The notes under the pieces are model-generated. The model ran no database searches. It was not told where the DNA came from and was given only the letters and a program-made list of their open reading frames with translations. A DNA stretch of 64,000 nucleotides from an uncultured Coprobacillus sp. (GTDB lineage: Bacteria > Bacillota_I > Bacilli_A > ML615J-28 > CAG-698): positions 227,529 to 291,528 of the forward strand of contig CAYLPZ010000001.1 of the NCBI GenBank assembly GCA_964385755.1, read 5' to 3'. A program made the position numbers and the translations under genes. Positions within the stretch are counted from its first letter, which is position 1, and every line of letters starts with the position of its first letter. This document shows positions 49,020 through 58,428 of the stretch, piece after piece.

Positions 49020-51647
49020 TTAATCATTCATGAAAATATTCATTTGATTTAGAAAAACATTTTTTTCATTATCTAAATAATAAGAAATCTCATCATAAAA
49101 GACATATTCTTTTTGAACATATACCTTTATTAATTCTGATTCTGTTTTTTTATTATTATAATTTTCTAGTATTTTTACATAGAAAGACCCATACATATAA
49201 CTACAAACAATATTTGCTTTATATTTTGTCCCATTTTTTGTTACACTAGAATCTTGTGAATATACTTTTAACATATACCAGTTTTTCAAATCATTTGAAA
49301 CCATCACAGAGCAAATTGATTCAGTACTATATGAAGTCCAAGTAAGTTCAAAACTATTTTCTTCTTTAATTAAATAGTAATCTTTCAAACTTTCACCATC
49401 AATTTTTACATTTTTAATATCAGCTAGATACGAGCTTGCATTAATTATAATTGTCTGTGAAAATGTTATTGATTCATTAATTCTGGCTTTAATACGATAA
49501 AGGTTTGTACCAACAAGTGGTTTTATATATTCACGATATATCTCCTTTGTTGTGTTTACTTCTTTTAGTGTATTCCATGTATATCCATCAGAAGATACTT
49601 GTATTTCATAAATCACATTACTTCTTTTAATACCAAGCCAATAAATTAGTAAGTCTTTTTCACTATATGGTTCACCATAATAACCAAATCCAACTAGTTT
49701 ATCAATACTTTTATTAATTTCTTTTTCTAAAGATGCAGTTGATAATCCAACGTCATTTTCAGCCTTTAATATAATTTTAATCTTTTCAGCATTTATAGGT
49801 ATTGTAATATCAACGTTATTTTTATTTTTTGATAAATAATAATCAGTGATATTAGTATACTCTACATCATCAAATGTGTAAGATAATGTATATTTGATTT
49901 CTTCTCCTAATGGATAGAATAAATCTTCCCAAAATACTGTAATCTTTTCACCAGGCATTAAATTATCAGTTGTATCAAAGTTTGTTATTTCACCTAGAGA
50001 AATAATCTCACTTTCTTCTAAATTTTTAGCTTGAACTGACACACCATCACCAAGTGTGAGAGAATAAGATTGAGCTCTAACGCCATAATAATATCCTTCG
50101 TCTAATTGTGTAATATCAACATATTCTATTTTATTTCCATCAGTAATATTACCAACAACATCCAATACTTCATCAGCACTAAATGTAATAGGAGTTTTGC
50201 TGCGATAAATCACATAAAATTTAGCATCATCAAGTTTATCGAAAGAAACGGATATACCTTTTGCTGTTTTTGAAAGTACTAAATTATTAACCTTACTAAT
50301 ATTTATTGGATTAGATGTTTTGATTTCAGGTAAAATCTTTGGTAAACTCCAAGCAGATTTTAATGGAGATAAAGCTGAAGAACTTCCTTTATTGCCAACA
50401 TAGGCAATATAATTATAAATAGAATTACCTTTTACATTTTCTAAAGTGTTACAAAATAAAGCTTGTTGGTATGCTTCCATATTATTAGTTGACCATGAAG
50501 CATTTCCAGTACCACTACTCATATATAAACCTATAGAAGCATATAGATTTACATTACTTCCTTTTAACATTTTATTCCACCATGATACTAAATCACAGTA
50601 TGGTGCTGCTGAGTTAGTTATTGCATGATATGATTGTGGAAGAATATAGTCTATCCATTCATTTTTAATCCATTTAATTGTATCAGCATATAATGGAGAG
50701 TCATAGTGGGCATAGCCACGTGTTGCTGAGCCATTAGATACAGGTTCACCATTTTCATAAGTTACTACACCACTACCATTTCTATACACACCAGTTGGTG
50801 ATATTCCAAGCTGAACTCTTCTATTATTTTGTTTATTATACATATCAAGTGAATTAGCTAGTGATTCTATAAACATATCTATTTGATCTCGTCTAAAATC
50901 TGCTCTAGAAAGCCCCTTGCTATTATATAATGAATATGATTTTGAATCATCTATTCCCGCTGTGTAAAAGTAATCATCAAAGTGAATTGCATCTACATCA
51001 TAATTTTCTACAAGTTCCATACAAGTTGAAACTAGAAATGATCTAACATCAGGAACTGCAGGGTCAAGTATAACACATTTAGTACCTTTCAATAAGTTAC
51101 CCGGATTATGTGCTGCATTAGCACTTTTATAGTCTTTTGCAATATCTTCCAAACTCTTAGAAACGTCTGTAGTTACTCGGTAAGGGTTCATCCACGCATG
51201 AAACTCAATTCCACGCTTATGACATTCTTCGATAATCCAAGGAAGGGCATCCCATGAAGGATTAGTATGATAATATCTTGACCACGAATTATATTTTGAT
51301 TCATATAAGGCATCATTCATAATTCTAACATGAAAGAGCATAACATTAAGATTATATATTTCCATATTTTCTAATACTTCAATAATTTGTCTTTTGTATT
51401 GTGATTCACTTGAAAAACCAGTAATATCATTTGTTAATGGACTGACCCATACAGCTCTAAATTCAGTGTCTTTCACCATATATTCAGTATTGATATATAC
51501 ACTAGTTCCATCAGCATATTTGATTTCATCCCCTAATACTTTAAGAGTTTCTGTTTTCGCATTTACTTTTATTGTTAAGGACAAAAGTAAAATGATTAAC
51601 ATCAAAAATATTACTCGCTTTATCAAAATATAATACTTATTATTCAT
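49020..51647 (-). CDS. Secreted GHL10-family (YngK/YddW-DigH-like) glycoside hydrolase with C-terminal beta-sandwich domains, paralog 1
   Basis: Signal peptide. EFRAVWVSP, NVMLFHVRIMNDALYESKYNSW, IEECHKRGIEFHAWMNPYRV, YDVDAIHFDDYFY are GHL10 (PF02638) TIM-barrel signatures. 875 aa. Confidence 0.7.
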   Translation of the reverse strand: MNNKYYILIKRVIFLMLIILLLSLTIKVNAKTETLKVLGDEIKYADGTSVYINTEYMVKDTEFRAVWVSPLTNDITGFSSESQYKRQIIEVLENMEIYNLNVMLFHVRIMNDALYESKYNSWSRYYHTNPSWDALPWIIEECHKRGIEFHAWMNPYRVTTDVSKSLEDIAKDYKSANAAHNPGNLLKGTKCVILDPAVPDVRSFLVSTCMELVENYDVDAIHFDDYFYTAGIDDSKSYSLYNSKGLSRADFRRDQIDMFIESLANSLDMYNKQNNRRVQLGISPTGVYRNGSGVVTYENGEPVSNGSATRGYAHYDSPLYADTIKWIKNEWIDYILPQSYHAITNSAAPYCDLVSWWNKMLKGSNVNLYASIGLYMSSGTGNASWSTNNMEAYQQALFCNTLENVKGNSIYNYIAYVGNKGSSSALSPLKSAWSLPKILPEIKTSNPINISKVNNLVLSKTAKGISVSFDKLDDAKFYVIYRSKTPITFSADEVLDVVGNITDGNKIEYVDITQLDEGYYYGVRAQSYSLTLGDGVSVQAKNLEESEIISLGEITNFDTTDNLMPGEKITVFWEDLFYPLGEEIKYTLSYTFDDVEYTNITDYYLSKNKNNVDITIPINAEKIKIILKAENDVGLSTASLEKEINKSIDKLVGFGYYGEPYSEKDLLIYWLGIKRSNVIYEIQVSSDGYTWNTLKEVNTTKEIYREYIKPLVGTNLYRIKARINESITFSQTIIINASSYLADIKNVKIDGESLKDYYLIKEENSFELTWTSYSTESICSVMVSNDLKNWYMLKVYSQDSSVTKNGTKYKANIVCSYMYGSFYVKILENYNNKKTESELIKVYVQKEYVFYDEISYYLDNEKNVFLNQMNIFMND

Positions 51648-51661
51648 TAATTATTCTCCAA

Positions 51662-54334
51662 TTATTTAAATATATCCATTTCATAAACAAAAGTATCTTG
51701 TTCGTTAGCAATAAATCCAGATACTTCATCATAAAACACAAAGTAACGTTTAACATATACCTCTATTGGATCTGTTTCAAATTTTTGATCGTCTAAAGTA
51801 GATGAGACTTTAAAATATACTTTAGAATAACTATCAGATAATTCTATCTCATATTTAACCTTGTTATTAGCAACACTAGATGTAACATCACTATATAGAT
51901 TTATCTTAAACCAATTTTTCAAATCAACTGAATAATATACAGTTTCAATAGATACTTCACTACCGCTTATCTTCTTATCCCATGTAAGGGTAAACTTATC
52001 ATATTCTTCACCGTAATAAGTGTCTTGCACTTCTTTTCCACCAATTAAGAAGTTCTTTAGTCCTCCTAAATCATCTTTAACATCTATTTCGATTATTTCA
52101 GAATAACCAAATAACCCATCTTTTGATGCTACGACTTTATAATACTGTTTACCAACAGAAGTTAATAATTTGCCTTTAATACGATAATTAAGTATATCTA
52201 TTTCACTTGATGTGCGTTTTATTTCTTGATAATTAAAACCATCACTAGATCCATAGATTATATATTCATAACCTTCTCCTAAATACTTATTCCAAACAAA
52301 AGTTACCACTTCATTTGTATAATAATCACCAATGATTGTAAATGAAGTAATGGTATCAAGTCCTTCTTTTACAATTTTTACATCTTCAAAAACACTTCTA
52401 GCAACTTTATTTTCTGATTCAATTCTTACCTTAAATTCTTTAGCATCATTTGGAACTAGAATATTTACATAATTAAATCCATTATTTGTTGTGAAAGAAG
52501 TTATAATAGTCTCATTTTTGTCATCAAAACTATAAGTAAGTTTTGATGAAACTGTTCCACCAAGTGGATATGTTAGTTTTTCAAATGAAATCATCACATT
52601 TCTACCAGGAGATAAATCATTTGAATAAACAACATTTAAGTTTCCTAAATATGACTTATCACCACTAGTGGCATTTGTTGTGGAAATAGTTGATTTACTT
52701 CCTAGTGTAAGTGAATTTGATTGTGCACATACTGCATAGTTGTAATTACCTTTTTCAATGATATCAGTAAATTCAATGTTACCATTCTTGCCTTCAAGAT
52801 TACCGATGACATCAACTACTTCATTTGGTGAGTATGTAAGTTCTCCTTCACTACGATAAATTACATAGAATTTAGCTAAATCATTTTTATCAAATGATAG
52901 TTTATAGCCAGCTTCATTGGAAGTAATTTGTAGATTTGTTATTTGTCCTGGATCTATTTTATCACCATATAGTATTTCAGGTAAAATTCGTTCTACTGTC
53001 CAAACTTCAGGAATGCCTTCTATTCTACTTGGATTATTCACCGCATTTCGATAGTTTTTGTAAGCAAAGAAACAAAGTCCATCAACACGTTCTAAAGTGT
53101 TACAAATCATCATTTGATAATATGCTTCTAGTTTACTAGTATACCAACTTGATGCATTTGATGAATCTTGTTGATATAATCCTATTCCGGCGTAAACTCT
53201 TACTTTTTTATATTTTACAACTGCGTTCCACCAACTTAATAAGTCCGCAAAAGGGCAAAGAGAATGTTCAATTGCCCAGTAACACTGTGGCATAATATAA
53301 TCAATCCATTCTTCATTTATCCATTTTAATGTATCAGAATATAAATAATTATCATAATGAATAAACGTTGTTCCAGTATTTGAGCCATTAGTAATGGCAT
53401 TTCCATTACTATCATAAGTCACTTTACCATCACCACTTCTATAAACGCCAGAAGGAGATATACCAAGCTGAACTCTCTTTCCAGTTTCGTTATTGTATTG
53501 TCTAATTGATTTTGAAAGATTCTCTATAAAATCATCAACTTGTTTACGTCTAAAATCGCCCAAAGATAAATTATCAATATTATATAACTTTCTTGTATTT
53601 GAATCATCAACGCCTGCATCATAGAAATAATCATCAAAGTGAATGGCATCTACATCATACTTATTAACCACTTCCATACATACCTTAACAAGCCATGTCT
53701 TTACTTCTGGAATACCCGGATTTAATATTACACTATTTGTCCCTTGTAACATATTGTTTGGATTGCTTGCAACATTGCTTGCAGGGTAGTTTTTAGCTAA
53801 ATTTTCTAAATCATGTGTTCCATTTTGTACACGATAAGGATTCATCCACGCATGAAATTCAATTCCTCTCTTATGACATTCTTCGATAATCCATGGAAGT
53901 GCCTCCCAATTTGGATCAGTATTATAATAAATTGACCAATTATTATAATTTGATTCATACAACGCATCATTCATTATTCTAATATGAAAAACCATTACAT
54001 TTAGATGATATTTTTCCATATTTGTAAGTATATCTAATATTTCTTTCTTATACGTAGCTTCAGCTTCATATGCTGATATGTCTCCAACAAGTGGAGATAC
54101 CCAACATGCACGAAACTCAGTATCTGTTAAATCATATTCACTATTAATATAAACAGGATCTTTCGTTCCTCGATGAGTGACAACTCCTCCTGTTGTGGAA
54201 GGGATCGTAGCTTCATTTGCAAGAACATGACTAACAGAAAAATTAATAAAAATGAAAAATAAAAAAACTATCATTATTTTTGAGAAAAAAGAGCAGCTAA
54301 TGTTTGCTTTTCTTACGTGCTTAATTTGTTTCAT
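51662..54334 (-). CDS. Secreted GHL10-family glycoside hydrolase, paralog 2 (tandem to paralog 1)
   Basis: Same motif set. Start at MKQIKH (GGAGG RBS). DNA-level identity to paralog 1 reaches ~85-90% across the catalytic core (for example 51190-51260 versus 53833-53905). Confidence 0.7.
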   Translation of the reverse strand: MKQIKHVRKANISCSFFSKIMIVFLFFIFINFSVSHVLANEATIPSTTGGVVTHRGTKDPVYINSEYDLTDTEFRACWVSPLVGDISAYEAEATYKKEILDILTNMEKYHLNVMVFHIRIMNDALYESNYNNWSIYYNTDPNWEALPWIIEECHKRGIEFHAWMNPYRVQNGTHDLENLAKNYPASNVASNPNNMLQGTNSVILNPGIPEVKTWLVKVCMEVVNKYDVDAIHFDDYFYDAGVDDSNTRKLYNIDNLSLGDFRRKQVDDFIENLSKSIRQYNNETGKRVQLGISPSGVYRSGDGKVTYDSNGNAITNGSNTGTTFIHYDNYLYSDTLKWINEEWIDYIMPQCYWAIEHSLCPFADLLSWWNAVVKYKKVRVYAGIGLYQQDSSNASSWYTSKLEAYYQMMICNTLERVDGLCFFAYKNYRNAVNNPSRIEGIPEVWTVERILPEILYGDKIDPGQITNLQITSNEAGYKLSFDKNDLAKFYVIYRSEGELTYSPNEVVDVIGNLEGKNGNIEFTDIIEKGNYNYAVCAQSNSLTLGSKSTISTTNATSGDKSYLGNLNVVYSNDLSPGRNVMISFEKLTYPLGGTVSSKLTYSFDDKNETIITSFTTNNGFNYVNILVPNDAKEFKVRIESENKVARSVFEDVKIVKEGLDTITSFTIIGDYYTNEVVTFVWNKYLGEGYEYIIYGSSDGFNYQEIKRTSSEIDILNYRIKGKLLTSVGKQYYKVVASKDGLFGYSEIIEIDVKDDLGGLKNFLIGGKEVQDTYYGEEYDKFTLTWDKKISGSEVSIETVYYSVDLKNWFKINLYSDVTSSVANNKVKYEIELSDSYSKVYFKVSSTLDDQKFETDPIEVYVKRYFVFYDEVSGFIANEQDTFVYEMDIFK

Positions 54335-54475
54335 TAAATACCTCCGCCTAATCTTTCTTATTATGTTTATTATAGCATAAATAACATAAAATTGATAGAT
54401 AATTATTATTTTCAATTAACAAATTTTGTCAATCAATTTTATTATATTTTCATAAAAAAAAGATTAAGCATACAC

Positions 54476-55324
54476 TTAATCAATGTCACTATCTTTACAA
54501 ACACTATCAAAAGATAACAATGTTTTAGCTGCTATTTTTATTCCCTCATTAATAGAACCTTCAATATCTAAGTTTTTTGCCAGTCCATGTATTATTCCAG
54601 AAATTAGTGCATCACCTGCTCCTGTTGTGGAAACGATGTCTTCTATTTTAGGTACACTAATATATTTTTCTTTGTTATTATAAATTAAGCATATATCATC
54701 TTTTCCACAACTTTTAACAAGATATTTAGGTTTATTAGTTTTTAAATACTCTTTTATGACTTCATACTCTAGTTCATTTACTTTAAGCACATATAACTTA
54801 CTTAAACGATTAACAATCTTAAGTACTTTTGTTGTACTTATTCCATCAACAATTATTTTTTTATCAAAGCTATCAATAATGTATTCAATAACTTCTTTTT
54901 CGAGATTTGTATCTATTACAATAAAATCAGATTCATTAATTAATTCATGATAATAATCAATTAACTCCTTTGTAATTGCAACATTTATTCTTGCATCACA
55001 TAAAGCTAAGGCCATATCACCACTTTCATCAGATATTGCTAAATAAGATGCACTTGGCATATCAGTTTTAGGTTTAATAATATTACAACCAAGCCTAATA
55101 AGTTCATTTTGCATTTTTAAACCTAATTCATCTTCGCCAATTGCGGTGAAGAAGGTTACCTCATCACCCATTCTCAGTAAGTTTTCTACGATATTTCGGC
55201 CTACACCACCAAAAGATACTTTAATAAGACCAACATTTGAATCTTTATAAATTATCTTTTGATTGCACGTTCCTAAATAATCTATATTTGAGGAACCGAA
55301 AATCGTGATTTTGTTCTTCATCAT
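54476..55324 (-). CDS. PfkB-family carbohydrate/nucleoside kinase
   Basis: N-terminal GG motif (VSFGGVGRN) and C-terminal TGAGDALISGI anion-hole motif. 282 aa. Confidence 0.75.
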   Translation of the reverse strand: MMKNKITIFGSSNIDYLGTCNQKIIYKDSNVGLIKVSFGGVGRNIVENLLRMGDEVTFFTAIGEDELGLKMQNELIRLGCNIIKPKTDMPSASYLAISDESGDMALALCDARINVAITKELIDYYHELINESDFIVIDTNLEKEVIEYIIDSFDKKIIVDGISTTKVLKIVNRLSKLYVLKVNELEYEVIKEYLKTNKPKYLVKSCGKDDICLIYNNKEKYISVPKIEDIVSTTGAGDALISGIIHGLAKNLDIEGSINEGIKIAAKTLLSFDSVCKDSDID

Positions 55325-55330
55325 TTTCTC

Positions 55331-55474
55331 CTATTTATCTTCTTTATTATTTCTATCTTTTATGCATTGTTCTTTCGCAATCTCAAGTCTTATATTTCTT
55401 TCTAAATCTTTATCACTAATTAATCGACGCTCTTGATTGTTTTTCTTTATTTTACGCTTATTATTAACTGCCAT
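55331..55474 (-). CDS. Small basic protein (47 aa), translationally coupled to the kinase
   Basis: AGGTGA RBS. MAVNNKRKIKKNNQERRLISDKDLERNIRLEIAKEQCIKDRNNKEDK. The stop lies 6 nt before the kinase ATG. It is below the ORF-track size cutoff. Confidence 0.35.
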   Translation of the reverse strand: MAVNNKRKIKKNNQERRLISDKDLERNIRLEIAKEQCIKDRNNKEDK

Positions 55475-55513
55475 ATTTATCACCTAGTAAAGTATATGGC
55501 ATAAAAAGTAATA

Positions 55514-56356
55514 CTATGATTCTTTTATTTCGTTAAATGATTTAATAATGTCATTATAATTATAACCTTTATTCAAAAGTGATGAAATCATTTTGTTTTT
55601 CCAGTTATTTCCTTTGTTGTTATAACGATTATATGCTTTTCTAACATCATCAGATATTTTCTCATTTGAATTATCAATAAATTCTACACAATTAATTTTT
55701 TTATTTACTAAAGAACTAGTAAAACCATCACGAATTAATTTTTGATATAATAATTGTTTTTGTTTGATAACTGGTTTAGTTGAGTTAAGATTATAAATCT
55801 TTGCTATTTTTTCATCAATAACCTTCTCTTCGTCTTCTTTAGTATATTCATATATTATATAAATATGTTTTTCTTTGATCTTCATCTCATAGTATGCTGG
55901 ACCCTTTAAATTCCTTTTTGCACTCTCTAGAAGTAGAAGCGAATACCTATCATCATCTATAAACTCTTTTTCAATTAGTTTAATTATTATTTTATTTATT
56001 AACTCGTTTTCACAGTTTTGTTCTCTTAAGTAATTCTCAACTTCCCACATACTACGATTTTGAAATGAAATATAATTATATACCTTTCGCAAAATATTCT
56101 CATTTGTAATATCTTTGCGTATTTCTTGATATTCATCATATGAAAGGATACGATCATTAATAAGCGAATATTTTACTATTATTTCGTCACTTACAACCAA
56201 TTTTTCACTATCTATTAAAACTTCATACATTCCAACTTTTTTCAACTTCTTGATTTTTTGAACTTTTAGTTCTTGTTCTTTATTATTTTTATCAGTTGTT
56301 TTAAGTCTTTTAGTCACGTGAAAAACCTTCTCCTCGAACTTCATTAGCACGCACAC
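55514..56356 (-). CDS. recX: Recombination regulator RecX
   Basis: Matches RecX at …MYEVLIDSEKLVVSDEIIVKYSL… and …NYISFQNRSMWEVENYLRE…, with three-helix repeats (EFIDDDRYS). Confidence 0.65.
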   Translation of the reverse strand: MCVLMKFEEKVFHVTKRLKTTDKNNKEQELKVQKIKKLKKVGMYEVLIDSEKLVVSDEIIVKYSLINDRILSYDEYQEIRKDITNENILRKVYNYISFQNRSMWEVENYLREQNCENELINKIIIKLIEKEFIDDDRYSLLLLESAKRNLKGPAYYEMKIKEKHIYIIYEYTKEDEEKVIDEKIAKIYNLNSTKPVIKQKQLLYQKLIRDGFTSSLVNKKINCVEFIDNSNEKISDDVRKAYNRYNNKGNNWKNKMISSLLNKGYNYNDIIKSFNEIKES

Positions 56357-57200
56357 AATAATAGAATGCTAATGGATCAATCTTCTCAATTATTTCTCTT
56401 AATTTATTATATTCTCTACTTGATAAAATACAAATAAGCATTTTTCTTTCATTTTTTGAATATTCACCAACAACTTTAATACTTGTAACTCCACGTTCGA
56501 AATCTTTTAATAATACGTCTTTTATTTCATCAGCTTTATCAGAAATGATATGAACAGAACGTTTATTAAATCCACTAAAGATTATTACATCCATAATCAT
56601 TCCACATATAACCGCAAAAATTATTTCATAGAATAATAAATCAATATGTTGATTTAAAACAAAGAAACCAAGCAAAATTACAGAACCATCAACAACATAC
56701 ATAGTTAATGAGTATGGTATATGAAACTTTTCAAAGAATAGTTGTTGTAAAACATCAGTACCACCTGTTGAACCACCGTTTTTCATTGCTATTGCTAGAC
56801 CATACCCCATAATAATTGATGAAAAGATTATTACGAGCATCATATCTAAAGTTGAAAAATCGATGTCAATAAATTTATAAACATAATCAAGTAAAAAAGT
56901 ACAAAGAGGGAAAAGTAGAGATCCAAAAATTGTTTTCATGAAAAACTCTTTTCCTATAAAAATTAGGGATATAATTAAAAGTATACTATTAATGGCAAGC
57001 ATAATTGCAGAGTCAAACCAAGGAATTGTATCGCTTTTTACCATTACACCAACACCAGAAACACCACCGATAACCAAATCATTAGGTTTTAAAAAGAAAG
57101 TATAAGCAAAAGCAGAAATTAATACCCCTAATGCGATATTTAATGTTTCTTTGATACGTTTTTTTGTAAAGATTTGCTTTAATTTACTCATTTTGTGCAC
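56310..57200 (-). CDS. yitT: YitT-family membrane protein (DUF161 + DUF2179)
   Basis: 5-TM N-terminal region with the GGxSGxG motif and a C-terminal DUF2179 domain. Confidence 0.7.
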   Translation of the reverse strand: MHKMSKLKQIFTKKRIKETLNIALGVLISAFAYTFFLKPNDLVIGGVSGVGVMVKSDTIPWFDSAIMLAINSILLIISLIFIGKEFFMKTIFGSLLFPLCTFLLDYVYKFIDIDFSTLDMMLVIIFSSIIMGYGLAIAMKNGGSTGGTDVLQQLFFEKFHIPYSLTMYVVDGSVILLGFFVLNQHIDLLFYEIIFAVICGMIMDVIIFSGFNKRSVHIISDKADEIKDVLLKDFERGVTSIKVVGEYSKNERKMLICILSSREYNKLREIIEKIDPLAFYYCVRANEVRGEGFSRD

Positions 57201-58308
57201 CTTTCTTCTTTAAATAATACAAATATGAATCAATTACTTCATCTAGTTCTCCATCAAGTACTTTTAAAGGTTCATTGCTTTCATAACCAGAACGATGATC
57301 TTTTACTAGTGAATAAGGATGTAAAATATACGATCTAATTTGACCACTAAATCCATTAACAGATTGTTCTTTATTTATGTCACGTATTTGTTTTTCGTTT
57401 TTTTCTAATTCTAATTGATATAATTTTGCCTTCAAGATACGCATTGCTTCTTCACGATTATGTAACTGACTACGTTGTGATTGACAAACTACTACAACAC
57501 CAGTTTTCAAATGTGTTATTCGTACTGCACTATCTGTTGTATTCATAAATTGTCCACCATTTCCAGTTGATCTAAATACATCAACTCGTAAATCATCTTG
57601 CTTTATATCAATGTTTATAGAATTATCAATAACTGGAATAACAGTGCAACCACAAAATGTAGTATGTCGTCTTGCACCAGAATCAAATGGTGAAATTCTA
57701 ACTAATCTATGAACTCCTTGTTCACTTTTTAGAAGACCATAGGCATTTGGTCCTTTAACTGTAAAAGTAACACTTTTAATACCAATACCATCACCATCAA
57801 TATAATCTAAAACTTCAAAAGCAAAATCATGTGCTTCCGCATATCTTTTATACATTCTAAAAAGCATAAGAGCCCAATCTAAAGACTCAGTACCTCCTGC
57901 ACCAGGATGAAGTTCTATCAATGCATCATTATCATCATATTCTCCACTTAATAACATTTGTTTTTCAAATATTTTAAGATTTGTTTTTAAATAATCTATG
58001 TTTTTTTGTATTTCTCCTTCTAATTCTTCTTTAGAGAATTCTTCATTTTTCTGCATTTCATAATAATCTTTTAGTTCATTAACTACTTTTAAAAGTGAAT
58101 AATACGTGTCAATTATATTTTTCTCACTTTTGTATTTTTTTAGAACTATTTGGCTGTTATTTATATCATTATAAAAAGATGCATCATTTATTCTTTTTTC
58201 TAGTTCTTTAACTTCTTCTTCCTTCTTATCAATGTCTAAAGAAGTTTTTAAATCATTAATTCTTTTTGAAAATAATTCATAATTCTTTATTATTTCATAG
58301 CTTTCCAT
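57184..58308 (-). CDS. prfB: Peptide chain release factor 2, encoded in one contiguous frame (no programmed +1 frameshift)
   Basis: SPF tripeptide (VRISPFDS). GGQ motif (STGNGGQFMNTTDSAVR). The position homologous to the CUU-UGA-C shift site reads TCT TTA GAC (S-L-D) in frame. Confidence 0.85.
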   Translation of the reverse strand: MESYEIIKNYELFSKRINDLKTSLDIDKKEEEVKELEKRINDASFYNDINNSQIVLKKYKSEKNIIDTYYSLLKVVNELKDYYEMQKNEEFSKEELEGEIQKNIDYLKTNLKIFEKQMLLSGEYDDNDALIELHPGAGGTESLDWALMLFRMYKRYAEAHDFAFEVLDYIDGDGIGIKSVTFTVKGPNAYGLLKSEQGVHRLVRISPFDSGARRHTTFCGCTVIPVIDNSINIDIKQDDLRVDVFRSTGNGGQFMNTTDSAVRITHLKTGVVVVCQSQRSQLHNREEAMRILKAKLYQLELEKNEKQIRDINKEQSVNGFSGQIRSYILHPYSLVKDHRSGYESNEPLKVLDGELDEVIDSYLYYLKKKGAQNE

Positions 58309-58428
58309 TTATTTTCCTCCTCTAGACGACTACTATATTATACATTATTTTAGGCAATTTATCAATAAAAAACCAGTTCACATATAAACTAGAATTTAGT
58401 TTATTAGTAAACTGGTAACAGTTTTTTA

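Noticed and set aside
58309-58428. Long imperfect hairpin between secA and prfB as an independent regulatory RNA
   Set aside because: It is most simply a weak terminator or processing stem within a secA-prfB co-transcript, as in B. subtilis. There is no conserved motif.
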